From NCBI RefSeq assembly GCF_020745735.1, contig NC_083449.1:8158923-8222922 (forward strand): DNA of 64,000 nt. Reading direction: 5' to 3'. The stretch's first letter is position 1. Every line of letters starts with the position of its first letter. Below the pieces are notes generated by a model that saw only the letters and a list, made by a program, of their open reading frames with translations, was not told where the DNA came from and made no database searches. This DNA comes from Hemiscyllium ocellatum (lineage: Eukaryota). This document shows positions 50,853-62,650 of this stretch, piece after piece. A program made the position numbers and the translations under genes.

Positions 50853-51935
50853 CTATCTCTCTGTCTATCTCTCTGTCTGTCTCTCTGTCTGTCTCTCTGT
50901 CTGTCTCTCTGTCTGTCTCTCTGTCTGTCTCTCTGTCTGTCTCTCTGTCTATGTATCTACCTATCTATCATTGATCTCTCTGTCTGTCTCTGTCTGTCTC
51001 TGTCTGTCTCTGTCTGTCTGTCTATATATCCATCTATCCATCCATCCATCCAACTATCTATTTTTCCACAAATAGATAGATAGATAGATATATCTGCCTG
51101 TCTGTCTATGCATCTACCGATCCGTCTACCGATCCGTCTGTCCGTCCATCTATCTATCCGTCTGTCCATTCGTCTATATATCCATCTATCCATCTATCTA
51201 TCTATTTATCTGCCTGCCTGTCTGTCTATCTATCTATCTATCTGTCTATGTATCTACCTATCTATCATTGATCCGTCTGTCTATCCGTCTGTCTATCCGT
51301 CTGTCTATCCGTCTGTCTATCCGTCTGTCTATCCGTCTGTCTATCCATTCGTCTACATATCCATCTATCCATCCATCCATCCAACTATCTATCTATCTNN
51401 NNNNNNNNNNNNNNNNNNNNNNNNNNNNNNNNNNNNNNNNNNNNNNNNNNNNNNNNNNNNNNNNNNNNNNNNNNNNNNNNNNNNNNNNNNNNNNNNNNNN
51501 NNNNNNNNNNNNNNNNNNNNNNNNNNNNNNNNNNNNNNNNNNNNNNNNNNNNNNNNNNNNNNNNNNNNNNNNNNNNNNNNNNNNNNNNGATCCGTCTATC
51601 TATCTATTTGTCTGTCTGTCTGTCTGTCTGTCTGTCCATACATCTAACTATCCGTCTGTGTGTCTGTGTGTCTGTGTGTCTGTGTGTCTGTGTTCTATNN
51701 NNNNNNNNNNNNNNNNNNNNNNNNNNNNNNNNNNNNNNNNNNNNNNNNNNNNNNNNNNNNNNNNNNNNNNNNNNNNNNNNNNNNNNNNNNNNNNNNNNNN
51801 NNNNNNNNNNNNNNNNNNNNNNNNNNNNNNNNNNNNNNNACGATCGATATAACTGTCTGTCTGTCTGTCTACCCATCTATCTGTCGATTGATCCGTCTGT
51901 CCGTCTGTCTATCTATTTATCTATCTATCTATCCC
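50853..51935. repeat. Compound TCTG/TCTA/TCCA microsatellite containing two assembly gaps (N 51399-51588 and 51699-51839)
   Basis: Direct inspection. Confidence 0.97.
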
Positions 51936-51999
51936 GGTCTTGTTGTCTGTTCTGTATGTCTCGCAGGTTGGCTTAAGTTTCTCTGGCTAGGGTTTTGTC

Positions 52000-53300
52000 G
52001 ATAAAAATGAACAGCGCCATAACATCGAATGAGACCATAGTTTCTTCCTTGTCTATGTGTATATTTCTAAGTGATCCAAGAATCCCTGTGTTGACTGTAT
52101 AGAGTGTCTGGATCCGCTGATCAGGTGTTTCAGTTTCAGCTGTAGTTCTTTAGCAAGTTTGTGTGATGGTGTCCCTGTTAGTGATACTAAGTGTCTGGTT
52201 GGGACGTCTGGTTTGTGCACTTTAGGTAGTCCATAGAATCTGGGGGTGTTGTTGCTTTCAGGTTTTATTCTCTGTAGGAGAAAGTGAGGATTGTAGCTGC
52301 TGGAGATCAGGGCTGCAAATGCTTTGCTGGAAAAGCGCAGCCTATCGCATTTCCAACGCCCATCCCCCAAGACCCTCCTCCCTACCTTTTATCTTAGCCT
52401 ACTGGGCACACTTTCCTCGTTCCTGAAGAAGTGCTGATGCCCGAAAAGTCCATTCTACGGCTCATTGGATGCTGCCTGACCTGCTGCGCTTTTTCAGCAA
52501 CACATTTTCAGCTTCATTCTCTGTCGGTCAAACATGGTTATCTGTCCGTTTTTTTTGTAGGTTCCTTGGTGTGTTGTTTATCCTATTGGTGAGCTGTGCG
52601 TGAGGTCAAGCTCCCTCTTTTTGGTATGTGTTTGTATCTGCAAGTAGTTGTTGCGCTTTTTAGATGTACTCTGCTTTGTCCAGGATGACCGTCACTCTGC
52701 CTTTGTCTGCTGGTAGTATGATTATGTTCTTATCGTTTATTAGTGCTTTTAGTCCTTCCCCCTCCTTGGTGTTGAGGTTATGTGTTTGTCTTTTCCTTGT
52801 TATCAGGGATACGATACTTTGTCTTACGGTTTGCTGTGTCTCTTCTGTCGGTCCATTGTTTCTGAGTGTGCATTCCAGTCCTGCTAGGAAGTCTGTTGTC
52901 TTGGCTTCCCTGTGGTTGTAGTTTAGTCCATTGGACAGTATTGTTCTTTCCGTGTCTGTGAGCTGTCTGTGAGGTTTCTAACAGGAAAGTGTGTTGTGGT
53001 GTCCTCTCTGTTGTGAGTTAGTTTTGCCCTTTTTTTCTTTTAATGTCGTTTCTTGCGGCGTGTGGTCCTGTACTATGGTAATGGCCTGTTCTATGGTCCT
53101 GGTCCATTCCCAGGTTCATTGGTGGTTTTTGAAATTAACGATTTTTGGCTCGCAATTTCTTGTCTGTATTTGTCTAGTCTTTTGTGTGCGTCTGTAATCA
53201 TTACCTGGATCACCCTGAATCCGTTCTGTCTGGCTGTGTCCCTGGCTTGTGGGTTGTTGACTGGTGGTCTGTTTCTCCACGTATTCCATGAGATCTAAAC
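52000..53300 (-). mobile_element. Penelope-like element RT N-terminal remnant
   Basis: TPRFYGLPKVHKPDVP.R..VS..GTP..KLAK (52053-52270); IIILPADKG near 52700-52725; QLTDTERTILSNGLNY near 52920-52965. Confidence 0.88.
52276..52512. mobile_element. Fold-back family A hammerhead element nested in the Penelope RT
   Basis: TSD tt(t/c)attctctgt at about 52264-52275 / 52513-52524; cctgaagaagtgctgatgcccgaaaagtc at 52422-52450; inverted gctggaaaagcgcagc / gctgcgctttttcagc. Confidence 0.8.
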
Positions 53301-54300
53301 TTGCCAACCAATCTCCCATGAGGAACCTTTTCAAATAACTTCTTTTTAATTTCCTGCTTTCCTTCTTATATTCTCCTTTCGGGAACTCAGACATTTTCCC
53401 TTCCTCTGTCATTAGTTCACTGTACATAAAACCTCCTGCTGGTTTCACCTTTTTTGAGAACATTCTGCATTCTCTCTGAGATATCCTTGATCCTGGCACC
53501 AGGGAGGCAACACACAATTCTGATTTGTCGCTGTCCACCACAGTAATATCTGACTGGAGAGTCCCCTGTCACAATCAACTCCTTGGAACTTGACACATCT
53601 CTCGGTACATTAGAGACAGTCTCGGTACCAGAAACAATCAGTGCTATATTCCCCTGAGAGTCCATCACATTTCCCAAGCATCATATTTGTTTGAGATGGA
53701 GATAGCCACATGGGATTCCGCACAACTTACCTCTTCTTCCTATACTTTCCTGGAGGTAACCTGGCTGTATCTGCTGTTTTTCTGCCCATAACAAACACAC
53801 CCCCGAGCGCCAGTAAATTTCTCATTGCCTCCATGTGATCTGATCGGATTCATGATCAAACACCCTTACTGCAACGATACTCATCAATAGCACTTTCCAT
53901 ATTCTCTCACATGCAACACGAAGATCACATCGTTCTACTGAAAGCCATCTTTTCACCTTAACAAGTTACAGATGCAGAATATAGCAGAGTTACTACTCTG
54001 AATAAAAAAAATACTGCTCCAGGCTACTTTAGTGTAAATATCTTTTATATAGTTTAATCAAAAGACAGATCTCAATAACACATCACCACAAAAGAATCCA
54101 CGATACTCACTATTGTAGACATAAAAATAAGGCAAGTGTGGTTATAGTTGAAACACTTTAAAACTATTCACTTAGCTGCTGTTAAGTCTGCCACATAGGT
54201 TCCTGCACAGCCAGCTGTGAATTTCGCTATTTGTTAGCTTTTCTGAGACACACACTGATGTGATGCAATAGTTTAACTCGAACATTAAAATCAATAGCTG
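53300..54300 (-). mobile_element. Degraded CR1 ORF1 (N-terminal Cys motif, SGNH esterase) and 5' region
   Basis: IVTGDSPVR..VCCLPGARIKDISER (53417-53677); SSCCM remnant near 53910-53925. Confidence 0.75.
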
Positions 54301-55532
54301 TGTCAGATAGCAGTATAGTTTTCTTTCTCCTGTAATTCACTGACCATGTGGGCCCAGACTTTGCCTCTCCTCCTTCCTTTAAAAGGGTAACTGTTTTCTT
54401 CGTTTTTCCCAATAACTTACGAAATAATGCAATACTTACTGATCCTAGAATTCGAGAAAATCACCTCCAACGCCTAATATACCTCAAAAAAGAGGTATTT
54501 TCCCCCCTGTGGTCTATCTTGGATTACCTAGAATCATGGGAAAATTAAATAATCAAAGGCAGTGAATCAGGATCAGTTCAGGGGGAAGTGAATGAAAACA
54601 AAGTATCGCTGAAATTACATGCATAATTAACAGGCACATTTTGTACAGTATGTTATTTAATGCTTTTAATCGGAAGATTCTCATGCTTTTTTAATTTATC
54701 CTGATGTGTGGATCATAGAATTCCGTGAGGAAAAGTGAACAGGAGTCTGTCGTTGTCTTTCCTATTCTGATTCGCAATGAAGGATGATCCTTTCGCCAGC
54801 TCATTTAGTTTGTATCTGCGAAGTGATTGCTTAGGAGAATTCTTTCTCTTTCAGGCATAACTAATCCCTCTTTCCATTTTGCATTTGTTGTTTTGCTTTC
54901 GATTATAACTGCTTTTGTTGTTTTGCTGATCATTGCCAACAGCACTGTACAATGGTCTTGTTTCTCTCATCTGTCGTTTTGCCCCTCTGATGAAGTCATT
55001 CCTTGCACATTAGAAAAGCATGATACTACCCTCGTTTCAGTATCTGCTGTACCTAATGTTGTCTCTTAGTTACTTGGATTTATTCAGCAATTGAATTAAT
55101 TTTATAACTGGATATTTCATGGTGTACTTTAACTGGTCTCTGAAATTCTTCTGCGTCACCACATAAATAAACACATTTGAGCAGCAACTTATGTCCCGCA
55201 GCATATATGCAACTTGTTCAAATAGATAAAAATCGTCCACGTAATAACTAAGATAAAACATATATAAAACGGACACAAACCAAAGAAGAATGAAATTGGC
55301 CAATGTAGCAAAGAGTAAAATCACAGATTTCTTTCTGCTGTCTATCTCTGGGTCATTCTCTGCTTTTCTCTGACCCCTCAGCCCTTTACGTGCTTTAACA
55401 ACCTCAAAGATGCATCTGACAGTCAGAATATTGAGAAAGTAAAAAGTGAAGTCTGCAGATGCTGGAGATCAGAGCTGAAAATGTGTTGCTGGTTAAAGCA
55501 CAGCAGGTTAGGCAGCATCCAAGGAACAGGAA

Positions 55533-55568
55533 ATTCGATGTTTCGGGCCAGAGCCCTTCATCAGGAAT
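55533..55568 (-). ncRNA. Minimal type I hammerhead ribozyme motif
   Basis: AUUC-CUGAUGA-A-GGGC-UCUG-GCCC-GAAA-C-AUC/GAAU: intact core boxes, 4-bp stem II, stem I AUUC/GAAU. Confidence 0.8.
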
Positions 55569-55909
55569 GAGGAGAGTGTGCCAGGCAGGCTAAGATAAAA
55601 GCTAGGGTGGAGGGACTTGGGGGAGCGGCGATGGAGATGTGATAGGTGGAAGGAGGTCAAGGTGAGGGTGATAGACCGGAGTGGGGTGGGGGCGAAGAGG
55701 TCAGGAAGAAGATTGCAGGTTACAAGGGCGGTGCTCGAACTCAGCACCGCCCTCCTAACCTGCAATCTTCTTCCTGACCTCTCCGCCCCCACCCCACTCC
55801 AGCCTATCACCCTCACCTTGACCTTCTTCCACCTATCACATCTCCATCTCCCCTTCCCCAAGTCCCTCCTCCCTACCTTTTATCTTAGCCTGCCTGGCAC
55901 ACTCTCCTC

Positions 55910-55945
55910 ATTCCGGATGAAGAGCTCTGGCCCGAAACGTCGAAT
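55910..55945 (+). ncRNA. Minimal type I hammerhead ribozyme motif, core-mutated copy
   Basis: AUUC-CGGAUGA-A-GAGC-UCUG-GCCC-GAAA-C-GUC/GAAU; U4G core change and one stem II mismatch. Confidence 0.65.
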
Positions 55946-56776
55946 TTCCTGTTCAGAATATTGAGGAAGACAATAAAAATGAATGGAAGGAATGGTGTTA
56001 AGAAGATTTCAATGTATGTATAACTCACCCAATGAACATTATGACAATAACTGGCTCTGGTGTAACAGTACCATGGAATGTTGCTCATGATCCTTTCAGG
56101 TTCAAATGTAAAATAATTGGGAACATTCTTTAAAGAAAAGAAAATGCAGATTGTTGTGAGAACTTTCTTGGCAGTTTGGTCTGTGCAATACTGAGGTTTC
56201 ATCTGCTGAATGCAAATGGCTACAAATCGATCAAAAGAAAAAGCAACAGTGAACCAGACAGAACAATCAATAGTCACATAGCTCAGGACATGGATAACAC
56301 TACAAACAGGAGTGATGTCCAGCAAAGACGCTGGATAGTAATAGTAAACAAACTTAACAAGCCTGATATCAAAAATAATGAACAGTAGATCAGACAATGC
56401 CATGGCTACCAGATAGCGAATTGTACATGTCGAAAGGCTGCGCTTGCCCTGAGACAAGAAGACAATGGTCACCAGACTAACTGTAAGAGAGAAAACATGG
56501 AAGAGGTTTGAAGTTGCTGATCAAATATTCTCTATGCACAAAGCACAAAGGTGTATCAAATCATCTGAACTACAACAGTAGCTTCTTTCAAGTGAAATTA
56601 TGTACACTTGTAAAAAAACATATGGGATGACATGAACAGAAAATCCCTCCCAGAAATGCGGTCATGTACTCAATACTTTCTGTCTCAGCTGAAGATTAGT
56701 TTTGTTTTATAGATTATCCTGGGTATCTGTCATTTGCATAACACCACAACGCCCCACCCCCACCCCTACACATGTG

Positions 56777-56778
<2 letters not shown>

Positions 56779-56815
<37 letters not shown>
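56779..56815. repeat. (CA)n microsatellite
   Basis: Direct inspection. Confidence 0.97.
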
Positions 56816-56818
<3 letters not shown>

Positions 56819-57000
56819 AACAAAAAGACCCAGGCTCAGTCAAAGAAAAACTGGAGACTCTTGGTGGTGCAACTTCTTTCACACAGATGGTGATCTATAT
56901 TTGGAATGAACTGCCACAGGAAGTGGTGATTACAGGCACTGATATAATATTCAAACAGCATTTTGCCAGGTCAAAGAATAGGAAAGGTATAGCGGGCCAT

Positions 57001-57340
57001 GGGCAGCACAGTGACTCAGTGATTAACTCTGTTGCCGCATATCATCAGGGACCCGAGTTCGAGTGCAGCCTCAGGTGAATGTCTATGTGGAGTTCACAAG
57101 TTCTGTACATGTCTATGTGGGTTTCTTCTAGGTGCTCCAGTTTCCTCCCACTGTCCAAAACTGTGTAGTTCAGGTGGTTTGGCCATGATAAATTTTCTAT
57201 ATATGCAGAGATGTGTAGGATAAGCACATAAGCCATGGAAAGTGCAAGGTAAGGATTTGGGTCTGGGTGGGATCTTTGGAGAGTCAGTTCGGAACTCTTG
57301 TAACAAATGACCTGTTTCCACTCTATGGGGATTCTATGAT
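57001..57340 (+). mobile_element. Degenerate tRNA-derived SINE in the GPCR intron
   Basis: gcagcacagtgactcagtgatta head, agggacccgagttcga B box, tgtggagtt..gtgggtttc..ggtgctccagtttcctcccac core. Confidence 0.8.
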
Positions 57341-58144
57341 TGTCGGAAATGCATTACTAGCAAAATTTGGCAAACCTGCTGTTTCCATGCCGTACAGCTC
57401 TGTGATTCTGTTCACGCAAACAGTGATGGTAAGGTTATTGTAGGTCAATGAGAGACAGATAGATTCTCTTTATTTGAGATTATATTTGCCTGGAATTTGT
57501 GGAATGCGAATGTCATTTGTCAATTATTATGCCAAGTTGGATGCATATGGGCACAAATTTCTTCATTATCGAAGGAGTTGTAATTGGTGCTGAACATGGG
57601 CCAATCATGAGCAACCATCTCCACTTTGGAGATGACATTGATGAGGCAGCACAAGTTGCAGAACTTGGGGAAAAAGGCACAACCCCTTAGAGGTTGTGCA
57701 GCGATGTCTGACAGCCGAGGCGATTGCTCTCCATAAGCCAGAACAATCTTAACTGTAAGCAGTGTTATACAAAAGAGGGTTGCATTCTCATTGACTCCAG
57801 TTTATTCACGGTTTCTGATTGTGAGTACGTGTTCATAGTTCACATATGTTTAGAAGCTGACCATTTTATTTATGTAACAAAAATATAACCATAAAGAGAG
57901 GCACATCTGATTAAGGAGATAAAAAAAAACCCTTTTCTGTAATTGCAAGTCAAACAATTCTGAGTTTGTCACACTTTTTAGAGTTTAACACATGATTATG
58001 TTGGAATGTCAGAGGCTGTGGAACAAAGATGGCCAAAGTGTAATGAGATTGGACATCTAACAGAGTCAAAATGTTTGTCATTATGACAAAAAACGACGAG
58101 AAACGTTCACAACTCTGAAAACTAGGTTTTTGAGCTTTGATAGT

Positions 58145-58238
58145 GACGCTGCTCCTTGGTTGCTGCCTGAACTGCTGTGCTCTTCCAGCACACTAATCCA
58201 AAATCTGGTTTCCAGCATCTCCAGTCATTGTTTTTACC
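58145..58238 (+). mobile_element. Partial family A Penelope-derived element (3' part, no ribozyme core)
   Basis: ctgctccttgg.tgctgcctgaactgctgtgctcttccagca..ccagcatct.cagtcattgtttttacc. Confidence 0.7.
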
Positions 58239-58330
58239 ACATGAAGTATGCAGACAATGTGCACAATCGACTTCTGTATTGTTATACCATATTTTGTATT
58301 CTGTTCTTTTTATACTCTGTATCAAAACTT

Positions 58331-58640
58331 TGTGGCACAGTGGTTAGCACTGTAGTCACACAACGCCAGAGACCCGGGTTCAATTTTCGACTCAGGTGAC
58401 TGACTGTGTGGAGTTTGCACATTCACCTCGTGTCTGTGTGGGTTTCCTCCGGGCGCACCGGTTTCCTCCCACACTCCAAAAACGTGCAGGTTCGGTGAAT
58501 TGGCCATGCTAATTTAGGTATTAAGTGAAGGGGTAAATGAAGGGCAATGGGTCTGGGTGGGTTGCGCTTCAGCGATCGGCGTGGACTTGTTGGGCCGAAG
58601 GGCCTGTTTCCACACTGTAAGTAACCAAAACCTAATCTAA
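58331..58640 (+). mobile_element. tRNA-derived SINE (HE1/V-SINE type) in the GPCR intron
   Basis: gtggcacagtggttagcac..gacccgggttcaatt; core; gggccgaagggcctgtttccacactgta tail. Confidence 0.93.
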
Positions 58641-58731
58641 GTAAAACCTATTCCTTCCAAGGAAGAAGCACATCACAAATAATGGACACTGATCACGACA
58701 AAATCAACAGTCAATCGATTATGAATTACCC

Positions 58732-58852
58732 ATCCAAAAGTTGCTAATCAAAATCGAATCATATAGAGATGAGAAATATTATCAGTAATCCAAAAATTGT
58801 TAATCAAAATCGAATCAGATACAGATGAGAAATATTGTCAATAATCCAAAAA
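58732..58852. repeat. Two-copy tandem duplication, about 56-bp unit
   Basis: atccaaaa.ttg.taatcaaaatcgaatca.ata.agatgagaaatatt occurs twice. Confidence 0.88.
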
Positions 58853-60202
58853 TTGATCTAGATCCATCTTTACTAAAGTCTTGATAATGAAATAGGGTAG
58901 CCATGATGCAGAACTTGTCCTAACCTTGCTGGAATATTGTTTAATTTAACATTATTTGTCCATGTTCTGTTATCGTCACTTTATGCAAATATTTCGCACC
59001 TGTGTATCCCCAATGAAAATTCAGGATTGAATATATTCAACTAACGATTCATCCCATTTGCAATCCATCACATTTACAGAGTACATTGACAATTCTATAA
59101 GTGAACACATCAAAAGCGAGAAATGTAGTATAAAAGAAACATTGAATGATTTCAATCAATTAATGGTCCTAGTTATGAACGAAGTCAGATTCTGCCTTTA
59201 ATTTATTTCATCACAAACATTTAAATTCAACTTGTACAAGCTCACTGGAGTCAAATGTTCCCCTCCAGTTAGTAATCTTCACATAGTATATCTTGACTTT
59301 GAGAGAGTTTAACAGTAACTCTTGGGCTAGTTGTACACCTTTGACTAAGAACCTGCCCCTCCACACCACAAGTAAAGGTTCTAATTGGAATATGCTAACT
59401 GAATCACATTCTCTGTGCAACTGCACTACAGTTATGGAGTGAAAGACATTCCAAGTACAACTTGCAATTGGAGTAACAGGTATTCTCCCATTCCTGACAT
59501 AAACCGAACGAGGCGCTACATTTACAGATACTGCAGAGAAGTCAGATATTCGAGCGTGTATCTACCTGCACTCATTACAATTCTATAGTGACAAGCCTTC
59601 CTAGCAACATAAGGCCAGAGCTAGCAAAAGTCCATGCTGAGTTTTGTGATCCCTATTCAGTACAATTCCATGATCAGTAAAAACTTCACTCCAAATGATT
59701 CCCGGAGATATGGATCAATAGTACACAACTTTCCATAAACCACCTGATAATACTGAGTGGTTGTGAGCTACAGGTGGACTTTATTTTCTATCGTAAGAAA
59801 TTATGCAACACAGTTTTCCAGTGCTAACTGCATATGCTAATAACACACATTAGGAACAATGATCTGTACTCACAGGTATCATGTCTCTACCCAACCATGA
59901 CTTACAAAAACACACAGGACTACCCAGGTCAAAGCCATTCATGCTGAGCATAATGTGTCACTCCAAAACGGCGTTTTCCACCTACCCTAGGCCACGTTGT
60001 ATCCGTGCTCCAATCAAGCTGCCTGAGCAGATTCCACCAACAAAATGTCTTTACATCAAGGAATGGGAAACACCAGGTGTCACTAAGCAGTGGTTTCTTT
60101 AAAAAAAATCTATCTGGCCGATAGCAGACTTTGAATCACGACAGATTCTTTGAGTCTTGCTGAACCAGACCAAAGAGTCAGCCAAATTTCAGTAATGAGG
60201 CC

Positions 60203-60407
60203 TCATAGAACATAGAACATAGAAATATACAGCGCAGTACAGGCCCTTCGGCCCTCGATGTTGCGCCGACCAAAGCCTACCTAACCTACACTAGCCCAGT
60301 AACCTCCATATGCTTATCCAATGCCCGCTTGAATGACCATAAAGAGGGAGAATCCACCACTGATACTGGCAGGGCATTCCATGAACTCACAACCCGCTGA
60401 GTAAAGA
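60203..60407 (-). mobile_element. Short 5'-truncated CR1 3' end (same young subfamily as 1-1835) in the GPCR intron
   Basis: catagaa repeats then tacagcgcagtacaggcccttcggccctcgatgttgcgccgacc. Confidence 0.93.
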
Positions 60408-62311
60408 AAACAACCCACTTAGCACCTCAGTGCAAAGTGATTCTGCACACCATAAAGAAACAGACAATATTGAATATTACTGCGGGTGGGGTTCCACATT
60501 GACCAAGTATTTGCTTTAAACGTAGTAAGTAAGGGAATTATCATCTGACATTATCGTTTGTCTTGGTAAATGAAAACAAAAACGCAATAATCAGTCGTGG
60601 AGTGAAATCATGTATGAATTAAATGCACACATTTGTACAGCATAGGTGTTCCGAGACTTACCAGGCGCACCATCAACAGCAAGGCCAGTGTAGTACACTT
60701 CTTTGACAATTTCCCTTGAAAGAGGCATTTTGGTATATGTGAAACAACTCTCCCTTCCTGCTGCTGTCAATCTTTTCGAATTGGCGAATTCTCTCGGAAT
60801 TGGAGCTGATACAGTTACAGAGAATTTATTTCATAATGTGTGGTACCTCCACTGGGAAACTGTGATTGCAGTTTCAACTTTTTATGTCATTTTTAACAAA
60901 CAGATTACGACAACAGGTTTATTTTGATGATGTTTTTCGTGGAGATTTGACACTGCATTTGAATACTCCAAAGACTACGTTAATCTAATCTTAGGTCTCA
61001 ACTGTTATTACATCTTCCCGTCAAATAATAAGACTTGTATTATTTCAAATACCATCAGTCCATGAGTTTTTTATACTCATTTCAGAGATGATCTTTATTT
61101 TGCTGAGGCTATCTAGTCATCCAGTGCTTCATGGTGTAGCGCTCCTTCAGAGCTGTTCAATTCCACATTGTGATACTACTGTTTTACTTTTAAATCAGTT
61201 TTACAACTCATTTGCGAAATTCTGTCTGTGAATGAGCTCTCTAGCTTAGAACCTGAAGCTGATACTGACCATAACAACAGCTTGAATTTACACTCGCTAA
61301 CACTTCATCAAAACAAAGGAAAAACGTAACAGAAATTCATTCAGAGCCCCAACTTCACAATCATAGAATGGTGGGATCATACAAGACAGACTTGGCACAT
61401 CCATCCATTGAGTTTCTATCTTATTTGCACTACATTATAAAATTATGCTAAAAACGACATGACGCAGCTCTTTAGGGGTACAACACTGGTCTCGGCTACA
61501 TATGATTCCAGAACCACTGAAATTGGGGCGGTTGTTAGACAGCAGCCATCTGTTCCTCAACATTTTGTACTAGACCGAAATATCTTTAGTGAGTACATAA
61601 TTGACTTTCCCGTCCATCATAATGTCGTAAGTCAGAGTCAGTTCACATAGTGGGCTGGAAATTGGTGTGAAATGCAGAGAGGAAAGGTAATCCTTAGGGT
61701 AAACTCATCACCGGTTCTCTCTCTCTCTTTTGTTAGAATAGCCCTCTGGAACTAGGGTGATTCCATCAGAGTCCCTTTGTCAAAAACCTGGAAATATTCA
61801 CCAGAGCATATTTCAATTTAGATTTGATGAAGACAAATCAATTTAAAAATAAACACAGGGAATGGGAGGAGTGTGGATCACAAGGGCCAAAATGTTTCAA
61901 GTTTAACATCTAAAATATCTGATCTGAACAAGTACAGGAAAGCAGTGCTTCTGTTGTGTCTTGAAAATGGAGTTACAGACATGATATAAGACAAGTTCCC
62001 CTCTTCATTTGACGTTCTCGCTGTATTTGAGGGCGTTTGATATTCTCCAAAGTACTCTTGCTGAATGCTAGCATCACAGGCGCGATTCTTTGAAAATAAC
62101 AGACTGATCATTACAATCACCACAGACACAATGCCTCAACGCATGTTCCTAATAATTGAGACTCGCCAATGGCAGCTAGCATTCAGAACGTTACTGGACT
62201 TGGTGAAATAATTTGCACAGGCCAGTATCGCATCCTCAATTCACCCTTTATTTACATGTGAATTCCTGACACTGCCCCAATTCCTTCACGATGTCTGACA
62301 GTCTTTTTTTA

Positions 62312-62650
62312 ATGTGGAGGTGCAAACGTTGGGCTGGCGTGGTCAATTTCAGAAGTCACACAACATCCAGTTATAGTCCAAAGACTTACTTGAAATCACA
62401 CATTTTCACAGCACAGGCCCTTCCTCAGGTGAAATGATGAAGGATCAGCTCGCTGATTATTTCTGATTTCATATCAACGTTTTTGACTGTAAACTGGTGT
62501 CATGTGAGCTTTTTTAAAAGTAGGAGAAAGCGAGGATTGAAGCTGATGAAGATTAGAGTCGAGGTTGCAGTGCTGGAAAAGCCCAGCAGATCAGGTAGCA
62601 CACGAGGAGCAGGAGAATCAACGGTACGGGCATAAGCCTTTCATCAGGTA
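62312..62650 (-). mobile_element. Adjacent degenerate hammerhead elements: fold-back family B (62312-62515) and family A (62521-62650)
   Basis: tgtggaggtg..tcacacaacatccagttatagtcca..cccttcctcaggtgaa with inverted arm; then ggagaaagcgagga..gctggaaaagcccagcag..cgggcataagcctttcatcagg. Confidence 0.72.

Larger units (their letters stand above)
55436..55952 (-). mobile_element. Palindromic Penelope-derived insertion (inverted terminal-repeat pair, family A)
   Basis: Arms 55524-55735 and 55743-55954 with a 7-nt loop, about 14 mismatches in about 212 bp; perfect 13-bp TSD tcagaatattgag 55423-55435 / 55953-55965. Confidence 0.93.
55070..60728 (-). pseudogene. Two-exon GPR139/GPR142-like class A GPCR disrupted by a 530-bp insertion in exon 2
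   Basis: Exon 1 60728-60662 (MPLSREIVKEVYYTGLAVDGAP, then gtaagt); exon 2 56480-55070 after ttttctctcttacag; phases match; YLVAMALSDLL, SVWFTVAFSFDRFVAIC, PF..LN.LTVR, W6.48, CCSNVFIY; removing the insertion restores a 315-aa open frame. Confidence 0.9.

Noticed and set aside
50957-52004. ORFs across the TCTA/TCTG tract
   Set aside because: Microsatellite and N-gap artefacts
55508-55964. Two near-identical ORFs on opposite strands (55508-55861 and 55617-55964)
   Set aside because: Produced by the palindromic insertion; no protein motif
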